From: Paracoccaceae bacterium
GTDB lineage: Bacteria > Pseudomonadota > Alphaproteobacteria > Rhodobacterales > Rhodobacteraceae
DNA length: 64,000 nt
Assembly (NCBI GenBank): GCA_051859505.1
Contig: JBHYFN010000011.1
Coordinates: forward strand, 30,892 to 94,891
Direction of reading: 5' to 3'
In this document: piece after piece, positions 19,283 through 27,710 of the stretch
Position numbering within the stretch: position 1 is the stretch's first letter
How the letters are laid out: every line of letters starts with the position of its first letter
Translations under genes and position numbers: made by a program
Notes under the pieces: model-generated
What the model saw: only the letters and a program-made list of their open reading frames with translations
Databases searched by the model: none
Told to the model about the DNA's origin: nothing

Positions 19283-19617
19283 GCCTCCGCCTCCGCCGCA
19301 TGCCCGCCCCGCCCATGCCCGCCCCGCCCATGCGTCGGCGTATAGTCGCTGCGAAGGTTGTGCAGATGCACATGCTCCCCCACCGCAATCGCGCAGGACG
19401 CCCGCCCGATGGGCGCGCCGTATTTCACCACCTGCTCCCCCTCGGCCAGATCGACCCGCGCAATCTTGTGCCCCAGCCCCAGCGCCTGATCCAGCACCAC
19501 CGCGCGCCCCTCGACCAGCACCCGCTCCCCGCCCTCGATCCGCTCGCGCAGCACCAAGACGCTGTCGCCGGGCGACAGCAGCAACAGCCTCGGGTCGGTT
19601 CCTTCAGAACTTGCCAT
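19279..19617 (-). CDS. UxaA-family dehydratase, small SAF-domain subunit
   Basis: Start at internal ATG (MASSEGTDPRLLLLSPGDSVLVL...GHKIARVDLAEGEQVVKYG...GEHVHLHNL). The C-terminal tail HGRGGHGRGGH is encoded by a 15-bp duplication. Confidence 0.82.
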   Translation of the reverse strand: MASSEGTDPRLLLLSPGDSVLVLRERIEGGERVLVEGRAVVLDQALGLGHKIARVDLAEGEQVVKYGAPIGRASCAIAVGEHVHLHNLRSDYTPTHGRGGHGRGGHAAEAEA

Positions 19618-20254
19618 GACGCAAATAGGCCTCCTGCGGGTCCACCCCGTCGAGGATCGCACGGCGCACGAGGCTCTCCGTCTCCATCGCCGCCACCGCC
19701 TTTTCCGTCACCTCGTCCAGCCGCTCCACCGGGATCACCACCATCCCGTCACGGTCGCCATGCACCCAGTCACCGGGCCGCACCAGCACATCGCCAAGCA
19801 TCACCGGCACATCCACCCCGGTCGGCCGCCACAGCCCCACCACGTCGCGCGGCGTGTGAAATGTCCGCCAACACGGAAACCCCAGCCGCAGGATGAAGCT
19901 CGCGTCGCGCAGGCCCCCGTCCAACACCGCCCCCAGCACCCCCTTGCGGTGCAGCGTCTCGGCCGAGAGCTCGCCCATCTGGGCCACCAGCTGGTTATGC
20001 GGCTGGCTGACCCAGACATGCCCGGCCTTCGCCCGCGACAGAAGCCCCGTCCAGTCGAGCAGCGTCTGATGCGCGTCGGCCGTCTCGTCGATGCGGCCTT
20101 CGATGGTGAAGGCGGGCCCGGTCAGCACCATCTCCGGCTGCAAGGGCGTGATCCGGGGCGGGAGCGTGAAGTTGCGCAGGCCCATCGCGCGCATCACGTC
20201 ATGGATGACAGACGTATAGACCCCCTGCAGCACCCCCACCCGGGCGTCAGTCAT
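19604..20254 (-). CDS. RraA-family protein (4-hydroxy-4-methyl-2-oxoglutarate aldolase / oxaloacetate decarboxylase-like)
   Basis: Start at internal ATG (MTDARVGVLQGVYTSVIHDVM). GELSAETLHRKGVLGAVLDGGLRD and GDWVHGDRDGMVVIP are typical RraA-fold motifs. Confidence 0.82.
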   Translation of the reverse strand: MTDARVGVLQGVYTSVIHDVMRAMGLRNFTLPPRITPLQPEMVLTGPAFTIEGRIDETADAHQTLLDWTGLLSRAKAGHVWVSQPHNQLVAQMGELSAETLHRKGVLGAVLDGGLRDASFILRLGFPCWRTFHTPRDVVGLWRPTGVDVPVMLGDVLVRPGDWVHGDRDGMVVIPVERLDEVTEKAVAAMETESLVRRAILDGVDPQEAYLRHGKF

Positions 20255-20576
20255 GGTGAAAGACCTCGGGCATATCGGCCCACCACTCGCCCTCTGCCCG
20301 CGTCTCGAAGGGCCGCTGGCAGGGCGTGCAGACAGCCCACCACTCCTGCGTCTTGGGATCGGCCGCCATCTTCGCCATGTCGCCCTCGAAATCCTCGCCC
20401 ACATATTCGAAATAGGAAAACAGGATATTCTCCGGCTCCTTCAGGAAGATCGAGTAATTGCGGATATTGCAGGCGGTGATCGTGGCCAGAACCTCGGGCC
20501 AGACGGCGGCGTGAAGCCGGATGTATTCCGCCTTCTTCTCCTCGTTCACCCCGATGACCGATCCATAGCGCTTCAT
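20247..20576 (-). CDS. rhaM: L-rhamnose-type mutarotase (RhaM/YiiL family)
   Basis: 109 aa from internal ATG: MKRYGSVIGVNEEKKAEYIRLHAAVWPEVL...NYSIFL...LFSYFEY. Collinear with RhaM. ATGA overlap with the enolase-superfamily gene. Confidence 0.85.
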   Translation of the reverse strand: MKRYGSVIGVNEEKKAEYIRLHAAVWPEVLATITACNIRNYSIFLKEPENILFSYFEYVGEDFEGDMAKMAADPKTQEWWAVCTPCQRPFETRAEGEWWADMPEVFHHD

Positions 20577-21691
20577 GATGTTCCTCCGATGATGACCTGG
20601 CTCCCCTCGACCGTCTGCGCGGCAATCGCGCTCCAGTCCCAGTCGATGCCCAGCCCGGGCGTCTCGGGCGGATGCGCGCGACCCTGCCGCAGATCGAGGC
20701 GCGAGGTGGTGATCGCATCCAGCTGCGGGATATATTCCAGCATCCAGGAATTGGGCACGGCACAGATCAGGCTGACATGCAGTTCCATCAGGAAATGCGG
20801 GCAAACGGCGATGTTATGCGCCTCGGCCATATGCGCCACCTTCAGCCAGGGCGTGATCCCCCCGATCCGCGCGGCATCGACCTGACAGATGCTGGCCGCA
20901 CCCTGCAGGAAGTAATCCTTGAACTGGCTGATCGAATAGAGGCTCTCGCCCACGGCAATCGGCACGCGGGAATGGCGGGCCAGCTGGGCATGCGCCCCCA
21001 CATCATCGGCGGGCATCGGCTCCTCGAACCAGCCGATCCCGTGACGGGCCAGCATGTCGGCCCGCATCATCGCCTGATGGAGGGCGAAACCCTGATTGGC
21101 ATCGGTGAACAGGTGAAACGCATCGCCCACCGCCGCACGCACCGCCCCCAGCCGCGCATCATCCTCGGCCAGATGCGGCCGCCCGATCTTGACCTTGGAC
21201 CCGGCAAAGCCCTGCGCCTGTACCGCCAGCGCATCCTCGACCAGCGCCTCCATCTCGATATGCAGCCAGCCACCTTCCGTCGAATAGACCGGCACGCTGT
21301 CCTTCGCCCCCCCCGCCATCCGCCACAGCGGCACCCGCGCCCGCCGGCAGCGCAGATCCCAAAGCGCAGTATCCACGGCCGCAATCGCCAGCGAGGTCAG
21401 CGCCCCCACCGCCGTCGCATGGGTCGCAAACAGCAGATCGCGCCAGATCCCCTCGATCTCTTCCGCCTCGCGCCCGATCAGCCGCGGCGCCAGCGTCTCG
21501 CGCAGGAGCGAGACAACCGCCGGCCCCCCGGTCCCGATCGTGTAGGAATAGCCCGTCCCCGAGGCGCCATCGCTGTCGGTGATCGTGACGATGGGGGTCT
21601 CCTGACTGACGAAAGACTGGATCGCATCGGTGCGCTTCACCTTCGGCACCAGATCCACCATCCGTATCTCGACCCGTTCGATCCGTGCCAT
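20573..21691 (-). CDS. Enolase-superfamily (mandelate racemase/muconate lactonizing) acid-sugar dehydratase
   Basis: 372 aa. KVKIG, FTDANQGF, WFEEP, and the GE...Q.D metal-ligand pattern (DAN / EEP / GES). Confidence 0.88.
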   Translation of the reverse strand: MARIERVEIRMVDLVPKVKRTDAIQSFVSQETPIVTITDSDGASGTGYSYTIGTGGPAVVSLLRETLAPRLIGREAEEIEGIWRDLLFATHATAVGALTSLAIAAVDTALWDLRCRRARVPLWRMAGGAKDSVPVYSTEGGWLHIEMEALVEDALAVQAQGFAGSKVKIGRPHLAEDDARLGAVRAAVGDAFHLFTDANQGFALHQAMMRADMLARHGIGWFEEPMPADDVGAHAQLARHSRVPIAVGESLYSISQFKDYFLQGAASICQVDAARIGGITPWLKVAHMAEAHNIAVCPHFLMELHVSLICAVPNSWMLEYIPQLDAITTSRLDLRQGRAHPPETPGLGIDWDWSAIAAQTVEGSQVIIGGTS

Positions 21692-21825
21692 CAGGCCCCC
21701 CCCCTGTCACCCCTCGCCGCATCAAAAGGCCAGAGCCGCCCGAGCGCAAGCCGCCTTCGCGCCCGCGCGCGCGCCCCGGACACCGATCCGCCCCCCCACA
21801 CCCCGGCCGGCCCCGCACCCTGCCC

Positions 21826-21890
21826 TCTTCCTGCTTCTTTTGTTCCCAAATATCCCGGGGTCCGGGGCAGAGCCCCGGTTCCGCCCTCGG
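21826..21890 (+). repeat. Family-1 dispersed repeat, copy B
   Basis: tcttcctgcttcttttgttcccaaatatcccgggg + ccggggc-aga-gccccgg hairpin. Intergenic between the enolase-superfamily gene start and the sbcC-like gene end. Confidence 0.85.
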
Positions 21891-21925
21891 GATCGAACAC
21901 CCCGCCCCCGTCTATCACACCCCGC

Positions 21926-24559
21926 CTATCCCGCCGGTCCGATCCGCACCCCGGGCCGCGCGCCGCCAAGGGCGGCAAAGGCCATCTGCCGGCAGGTCAG
22001 CACGATCACCTGCTGATCCGCCGCGACCCGATGCAGCGCGGTGAACATCCGCACGATCCGGTCGTCATCGCTATGGACCAGCGCATCGTCGAGGATCACC
22101 GGCACCGGCCGCCCCGAACGCGCAAAGAGCCGGGCAAAGGCCAGGCGCGTCAGGATGGCGATCTGTTCCTGCGTGCCGCCGCTCAGCCGCGAAAGGCTCT
22201 CCTCGGCGCCCGCCCGCGCCAGCCGCCCCGGCAAAAGCGTGTCGGGGTCGAAATCCAGCGCCGCATTGGCATGCAGGATCGCCAGAAGCGGGGCCAGCTC
22301 CTCCTGAACCGGGCCGAAATAGGCCTCGCGCGCCGCCGCCCGCGTGCCCTGCAACACCTCGCGCAGCCGCAACAGCGCCGCGACCTCGGCGCGCAGCCGC
22401 TCCCCCCGCTCGCGCGCCGCAGCCAGCCGCCCCTCGGCCTCTTCCAGCGCCTCGCTCAGGCCCAGATCCGCCTGGGCGCGGATCTCGCCCTCAAGCCGCG
22501 CGCGCGCCTCGCGCAGGCTGGCGATCTCGGAGCGGGCCGCGGCAAGCGCGCTCTCGGCCCGCGCCTTCTCGGCGCGCAGGGTCTCCAGATCGGGGACCGT
22601 TTCGGCCAGACGATCCGCCGCGATCCCCGCCGCCGTCTGCGCCTCTCGCATCCGCATCCACTCGGCCTCGGCCGTCGCGAGCCTTGCCTCGCGCGTATCA
22701 GACCGCCCCGCCGCCGCCTCGGCCGCCGCGGCCGCTTCCTCGGCCTGTCGCGCCTCGGCCCGGGCCGCCGCCGCGCGGCCCGTCAGGTCCAGCACCCCGG
22801 CCCGCAGCGCCTCGAACGCCGCGCGCGCCTGGGCCTCGGCCGCCAGCGCCGCCTCATGCGCAAGGGCGAGGGTCGCTGCATCCTCCTCCGCCTCTCCGCC
22901 TCGGGTCTCTCCCCCCTCCACCGCGGCGCGCGCGCGCGTCCGGTCCAGCGCGGCGCGCAGGGCGGCGATCCCCTCGGGGGCGAGCGTTCCCAGCATCGCC
23001 CGCGCCAGCCGCGCTGCCCCTTCGGCCTCCTTGCGGTCGGAGAGGGCGGCGCGCGCCTCCTCCACCGTCTCCGCCCCGCAGGCCTCAAGCGCGGCGCGCA
23101 GCTCTGCCGCCGCCTTCTCCAGACCTGCGCGCGCAGCGCCATCGCCGGCGGCGCCGGGGTCGATGGTCATCTGCCCGATCCCCGGCAGATCCAGCCGCAT
23201 CCGGCGGGTCAGGGCGCTGTCGCCCTCGGGCAGGGGGCCGTCCTCGGCGGTGATCCGCTCGGCGCCGCTGTAGCGCAAGGTCAGCCGCACCGCCTGCGCC
23301 TCGGCCCGGGCCCGCGCGGCGGCCTCGGCGGCGAGGGCCTGTTCGATCCGGGTCAGCCCCGCCTCGGTCGCCTGCGTCAGCGACAGCGTCGCCTCGGCCG
23401 CCGCAAGCACCGCCTGCTGCGCCTCGGCCGCGAGCAGCGCCTCTTCCTGCCGGGCCAGCACTGCCGCCGCCTCGCGCGCGCTGGCCCGCCGGCTGGCGCG
23501 CTGCAGGGCCTCGGCCGCCTCCGCCACATGGCGCGCGGCCTTGTCCCGCGCGGCCTCTGCCGCCGCCTCGCCCGCCCGCGCCTCGGCCAGCTCCGCCGCC
23601 AACCGCTCGGCCCCAGCCGCCGCCCCCCGCGCCCGATCCGCCGCCCCCCGCGCCGCCTCGATCGCCTGCGAGAGGGTGGTGAACGCCGCCTCGGCCGCGT
23701 GATGCTGCAGCCTGGCCAGTTCCGCGCGCTGCCGCGCCTCGGCCAGTTGCGTCGCCCGATCCTCACCGGCCTTGAGCGCGGCCTCCGCCGCCTGCGCCGC
23801 CGCCAGAAGCGCCGCCTCGGCCTCGGGCCGGGTCAGCCGGGCAAGGGCGGCGCGGGTCCGGCCCAGATCCTCCAGCGCCGCCGCCAGCCGCGCCGACTGG
23901 GCCTGAAGCCCGGCCACCTCGGCCTCCAGCGCCTCGACCTCGTCCAGCGCCTCTTTCAGCGGCCCGCCCGCGCGGGGGCGATCGGTGCCGGTGACCTGCC
24001 GGTCAAGGGCGGCCTGACAGGCGGCCATCACCCGGTCCATCCGCCGCCCGCCGGTCATCAGGTCGATCTCTCCGGCGACCGAGGACAGAAGATCGCGCCG
24101 CGCCGTGAGCCCGTCGCCCTTCCCGTCCTCAAGCCCGGTCACGCCCTGACGCACCCACAACAGCCCCGCAGGCCCGGCCTTGCCATCCCCCAGAAGCGCG
24201 GTGATCCAGCGTTCGGCCTCGTCCGCCTGGGCGATGACCCGGCCCGAGCGCAGATCGCTGACCCGCGCCATGGCCTTGCTCAGAAAGGTCTTTTCGACCC
24301 GGAACAGGCCTTCGGCGGTTTCCACATCGGCCCGCACGCCCACGCCCCCGCCCCCCGGATCGGGCTGCAGCGACCGCACCTCGCGGTGGCGGCTGCCGTG
24401 GGGTTGAAAGAACAGCGCGTGCAGCGCGTCGAAGAAGGTGGTCTTGCCGAATTCGTTGGGCGCGTCGATCACGGTGATCCCGTCGCCGATCCCCTCGATC
24501 TCGGCCACCTGCCCGGCAAAGCGCCGCACGTTTTCAAGGGCCAGCGCGCGAAGCTTCAT
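21926..24559 (-). CDS. SbcC/Rad50-like AAA ATPase with long Ala-rich coiled coil (YhaN-like)
   Basis: 877 aa. N-terminal Walker A DAPNEFGKTT, about 600 aa of heptad-like A/E/R/L-rich sequence, C-terminal signature LSGGTQEQ and Walker B VILDDALVHSD. Confidence 0.85.
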   Translation of the reverse strand: MKLRALALENVRRFAGQVAEIEGIGDGITVIDAPNEFGKTTFFDALHALFFQPHGSRHREVRSLQPDPGGGGVGVRADVETAEGLFRVEKTFLSKAMARVSDLRSGRVIAQADEAERWITALLGDGKAGPAGLLWVRQGVTGLEDGKGDGLTARRDLLSSVAGEIDLMTGGRRMDRVMAACQAALDRQVTGTDRPRAGGPLKEALDEVEALEAEVAGLQAQSARLAAALEDLGRTRAALARLTRPEAEAALLAAAQAAEAALKAGEDRATQLAEARQRAELARLQHHAAEAAFTTLSQAIEAARGAADRARGAAAGAERLAAELAEARAGEAAAEAARDKAARHVAEAAEALQRASRRASAREAAAVLARQEEALLAAEAQQAVLAAAEATLSLTQATEAGLTRIEQALAAEAAARARAEAQAVRLTLRYSGAERITAEDGPLPEGDSALTRRMRLDLPGIGQMTIDPGAAGDGAARAGLEKAAAELRAALEACGAETVEEARAALSDRKEAEGAARLARAMLGTLAPEGIAALRAALDRTRARAAVEGGETRGGEAEEDAATLALAHEAALAAEAQARAAFEALRAGVLDLTGRAAAARAEARQAEEAAAAAEAAAGRSDTREARLATAEAEWMRMREAQTAAGIAADRLAETVPDLETLRAEKARAESALAAARSEIASLREARARLEGEIRAQADLGLSEALEEAEGRLAAARERGERLRAEVAALLRLREVLQGTRAAAREAYFGPVQEELAPLLAILHANAALDFDPDTLLPGRLARAGAEESLSRLSGGTQEQIAILTRLAFARLFARSGRPVPVILDDALVHSDDDRIVRMFTALHRVAADQQVIVLTCRQMAFAALGGARPGVRIGPAG

Positions 24560-25710
24560 TCCGCCTCCCGCGCGAAGGCGAAGAGATGCTGCAGCGCCCG
24601 CGCCGCGACCTGCCGCGCCTCCGGGGCAAGGCTCTCGTCCCCGGCCTCGGAGGCCAGCGCCTCGGCCGCCATCCGCAAGGCGCCGCCGCTGTCGATCCGG
24701 TCCAGATCGGCGGCATCCTGCGCCAGCGCCAGCGCGCCGGTCTGCGCCTCGAAATGCAGGAAGTCCGGCGCAAGCCGCGCGAGCCCCGCGGCCAGATCAT
24801 CCTGCGCCGCCAGCCCCAGCCGGCCCGAGACGACAAGCTGCATCAGAACCTCGGCCCGCCGCGCAAGTGCGGGCAGCGCCGGTTCCAGCCGGGCCAGGGG
24901 ATCCTCGCCCTCCAGCAGGTCAAGCGCCGCATGCACCCAATCCAGCGCGCCGGTCGCCACCGATTGCACCTCGGGCACGGCCCCCGGCCCCGCCAGCCCC
25001 ACGATCAACGCCGCCCCCGTGACGCCGCCGGTCCGGGCGTGGCGAAAGCCGTCAGCCTCGGGCGTGCCGGCATACCAGGTCCGCGCCCCGATCCGCAGCT
25101 GCCCATGCCAATCCCCAAGCGCGAGATAGTCCAGCCCCGAGCGCTCGGCCCGGTCGGGCGGGATCACCGCCGGATCGCCATCCTCGCCGCTGGTGAAATC
25201 CGTGACCGCCCCATGCGCCAGCCCGATCCGCAGGGCCCCCGGCGCGGTTTCGGCCGCCAGAGCCTCGGTCAGATCCCGCCCCGGCCGCCGCGCCGTGGCG
25301 GGGGCGGCCAGCAGAACGACCTCCGGCCCCGCCTCCCCCTCCCCGGGGGAAAGCCCAACCGGCCCGGGATCCAGCACCAGGCGCAGATTCGGCGGGGCCT
25401 CACCCGCGATACGCTGCCAGAGCGGGCTTGCGGCAAGGCTGTCGTGATTGCCCGGCAGCATCACCCAGGTCAGCCCCGGATCGGCCGCGATCGCATTCAG
25501 CGCCTGCCGGATGACGGCGGGGGCGGGCGTCTCGCTGTCGAATGTGTCCCCGGCCAGCAGCACCGTCCCGGCCCCTTGCGCCCGCGCCGCCTCGGCCAGC
25601 CGGCCGATCAGCCCGGCCCGCGCCTGCCGCAGCGCGCCGCGCACCTCTTCGGGAAAGCGGCCGAAGGGCTTGCCCAGATGCAGATCGGCGCTGTGCAGGA
25701 AACGGAACAT
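24556..25710 (-). CDS. SbcD/Mre11-like calcineurin-fold metallophosphoesterase (YhaO-like)
   Basis: 384 aa. HSADLHLG, LLAGDTFD, LPGNHD, GLAHG. ATGA overlap with the downstream ATPase. Confidence 0.85.
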   Translation of the reverse strand: MFRFLHSADLHLGKPFGRFPEEVRGALRQARAGLIGRLAEAARAQGAGTVLLAGDTFDSETPAPAVIRQALNAIAADPGLTWVMLPGNHDSLAASPLWQRIAGEAPPNLRLVLDPGPVGLSPGEGEAGPEVVLLAAPATARRPGRDLTEALAAETAPGALRIGLAHGAVTDFTSGEDGDPAVIPPDRAERSGLDYLALGDWHGQLRIGARTWYAGTPEADGFRHARTGGVTGAALIVGLAGPGAVPEVQSVATGALDWVHAALDLLEGEDPLARLEPALPALARRAEVLMQLVVSGRLGLAAQDDLAAGLARLAPDFLHFEAQTGALALAQDAADLDRIDSGGALRMAAEALASEAGDESLAPEARQVAARALQHLFAFAREAE

Positions 25711-25761
25711 CGGCCCCCGAAGGATTGTGCCGCCCCACCCTGCCCCGGCCCGCCCCTCCGT

Positions 25762-25800
25762 TCAATGGCCCTGTGCAATGGCCCGGCGCAATGGCCCGGC
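25762..25800. repeat. Tandem repeat, 13 bp x 3 ((t/g)caatggccc(tgt/ggc))
   Basis: tcaatggccctgt gcaatggcccggc gcaatggcccggc, read directly, about 50 bp upstream of the sbcD-like start in a 490-bp divergent intergenic region. Confidence 0.85.
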
Positions 25801-25981
25801 GACACCGCCCCCGGCGCCGGCCCTTTGCAACCTGCGGCAACCGCGCCACATTCCCGCCACAATTCCGACACCTCCCCGCCCCCTTGCTCTGGCATTCTGC
25901 CCCGAAGGCCAACAAGAGCCGGGCGCTGTCGCAAAGACCCAACCCATGGGCATCGCACAGCCGAGCAGAAAGGAAGACCCG

Positions 25982-26149
25982 ATGGCACAGGCCATTCCCG
26001 CCCCCACCGGCGGCCCGCTTCGCACCGAGGCCACCGCGCCCGACCGGCGCATCACCGACCCCGACCCGGCCCGATCCGCGCCTCGTCCGGCGAGCCTCGA
26101 CAAGACGCCGCCCGCTGCCCCCCTGTTCCGCGACCTCGCCAGCATCTGA
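25982..26149 (+). CDS. Hypothetical small protein (55 aa, Pro/Ala-rich); weak call
   Basis: ATG preceded by agaaaggaagacccg (good SD spacing): MAQAIPAPTGGPLRTEATAPDRRITDPDPARSAPRPASLDKTPPAAPLFRDLASI. I recognise no family. In this GC context an ORF of this size can arise by chance. Confidence 0.25.
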   Translation: MAQAIPAPTGGPLRTEATAPDRRITDPDPARSAPRPASLDKTPPAAPLFRDLASI

Positions 26150-26200
26150 ACCCGGGCGCAGGCACTGGAGCCTCGGCCCGCCCCGTGGCAGACTGCGGCC

Positions 26201-26533
26201 ATGACGCCGATCTCCTCGATCCGCAATCTCGGCCCCGCCATGGAGGCCGCCTTCGCCCGCGCCGGCATCGCCAGCGCCGAGGAATTGCGCGCGCTGGGCG
26301 CCGATGCCGCCTATACCCGCCTTCTGGCCCAGGGCGAACGGCCGCATTTCATCGCCTATTACGTGCTGCACATGGCGCTTCAGGGCCGGCCCTGGAACGA
26401 TTGCCGGGGCGCCGAGAAAGCCGCCCTGCGGCAGCGATTCGACGCGCTGAAAGCCGAGGCGCAGACCGCACCGGGGGCCGAGCTTGACCGCTTCATGCGC
26501 GAGATCGGGCTCATCGGCGGCCGCGCCCGCTGA
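26201..26533 (+). CDS. TfoX/Sxy C-terminal-domain protein
   Basis: 110 aa. IRNLGPAMEAAFARAGIASAEELRALGADAAYTRL...ALQGRPWNDC matches the TfoX_C helix-hairpin-helix domain. No TfoX N-terminal domain. Confidence 0.75.
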   Translation: MTPISSIRNLGPAMEAAFARAGIASAEELRALGADAAYTRLLAQGERPHFIAYYVLHMALQGRPWNDCRGAEKAALRQRFDALKAEAQTAPGAELDRFMREIGLIGGRAR

Positions 26534-26600
26534 AGCGGTCTTTTCCTGTGCGCGCCGGCACAGTAAACCCCTGGCAACCAACCACGGGACAGATGCCGCC

Positions 26601-27101
26601 ATGACGCTTCTCCGCAAGGCCCTTCTCACCCTCGCCCTGCTGTCGCTCGCCGCCTGCGCCCGCGCGCCCGAGACCCTGCCCGGCTACCGCAGCCACAACC
26701 CGCCCTTGCACCAGAACGAGACGCCCGAACTGCGCAAGCTGATCGACGAGGCGGCGGTGATGCATGACCTGCCGCCCGAGCTTCTGCACCGCGTCATCAT
26801 CCGCGAAAGCCGCCACAATCCGGCGGCGCGCAACGGGCCCTATTGGGGGCTGATGCAGATCATGCCGGAAACCGCCCGCACCATGGGGTTCCGCGGCCAA
26901 CCCTCCGAACTGCTCGATCCCGCCGTGAACCTGCGCTATGCGGGGGCCTACCTGCGCGGCGCCTATATCGTGGCCAATGGCAATCATGACGAGGCGGTGC
27001 GCTGGTATGCCTCGGGCTATTACTACGAGGCGCGCAACCGCTGCCTGCTGGTCGCAACCGGCCTGCGCGGGTCCGAAGTCCGGCGCGACTGCCGCGGCTG
27101 A
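26601..27101 (+). CDS. Lytic transglycosylase (SLT-domain) lipoprotein
   Basis: Start at internal ATG: MTLLRKALLTLALLSLAAC lipobox, catalytic IIRESRHNPAA, and GLMQIMPETA. Confidence 0.85.
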   Translation: MTLLRKALLTLALLSLAACARAPETLPGYRSHNPPLHQNETPELRKLIDEAAVMHDLPPELLHRVIIRESRHNPAARNGPYWGLMQIMPETARTMGFRGQPSELLDPAVNLRYAGAYLRGAYIVANGNHDEAVRWYASGYYYEARNRCLLVATGLRGSEVRRDCRG

Positions 27102-27110
27102 CCGGGCGCC

Positions 27111-27641
27111 CTAAAGGCCAGGATCGCCCGGCCCCGGCCCGTGGTCAGGCGGGGGGTCATACAGCGCGCGCTCCGCCGCATCGGGCGGCTCGAAGAGGCG
27201 CAGCCAGCCCTCCACCTCCTCCCGGCTGATCGCAGGGCTTTCGCGGCCCCGCGCGGCGATCCGGGCGTAAAGCACATCGGCAGGCGCCTCCAGGGCATGA
27301 AGCTCCACCCCCACCCCAAGGGCGCGCGCGCCCGCGCGCAGGTGGTCACGCTCGGCCCGCCCCCAGGTGCCCCATTCGATCACCACCGACAGCCCCAGCC
27401 GCAACAGGTGCTGCGCCATCTCCCATTGCAGCGCCTCGATCCGGGCGCGGGCGGGGCTGTCATGCAGGTTGACCGCCAGCGCCTCCATCCAGTCGTCGGG
27501 ATCAAAGCGAAAGGCCGGCCGCGCCGCCGCGATCCGGCGCGCCAGCGTCGTCTTGCCCGATCCGGGCAGGCCGCAGATGAGGATCAGACGGGGCAGCACG
27601 GCATCAGGATGGCCTGTTTCACCCCAAAGGCAAAGGCCCAT
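27111..27641 (-). CDS. P-loop NTPase / predicted kinase (AAA_33-like), second copy in the window
   Basis: The first listed codon is TTG. ATG at 27639-27641 gives MGLCLWGETGHPDAVLPRLILICGLPGSGKTTLARRIA. Same architecture as 4440..4931 but at host-like GC. Confidence 0.75.
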   Translation of the reverse strand: MGLCLWGETGHPDAVLPRLILICGLPGSGKTTLARRIAAARPAFRFDPDDWMEALAVNLHDSPARARIEALQWEMAQHLLRLGLSVVIEWGTWGRAERDHLRAGARALGVGVELHALEAPADVLYARIAARGRESPAISREEVEGWLRLFEPPDAAERALYDPPPDHGPGPGDPGL

Positions 27642-27710
27642 CCGCAACGCAAGACGCCCGCCCCAGCCGGGACGGGCGCCTCAAGCTCTCTGACGAAAGA
27701 CCCGCGCCGG

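Noticed and set aside
20672-25129. 1485-aa plus-strand ORF spanning the enolase-superfamily, sbcC-like and sbcD-like loci
   Set aside because: It is antisense to three well-supported minus-strand genes. Its translation is Arg/Pro/Gly/Ala-rich low complexity with no recognisable motif. Long stop-free antisense frames are expected at this GC content.
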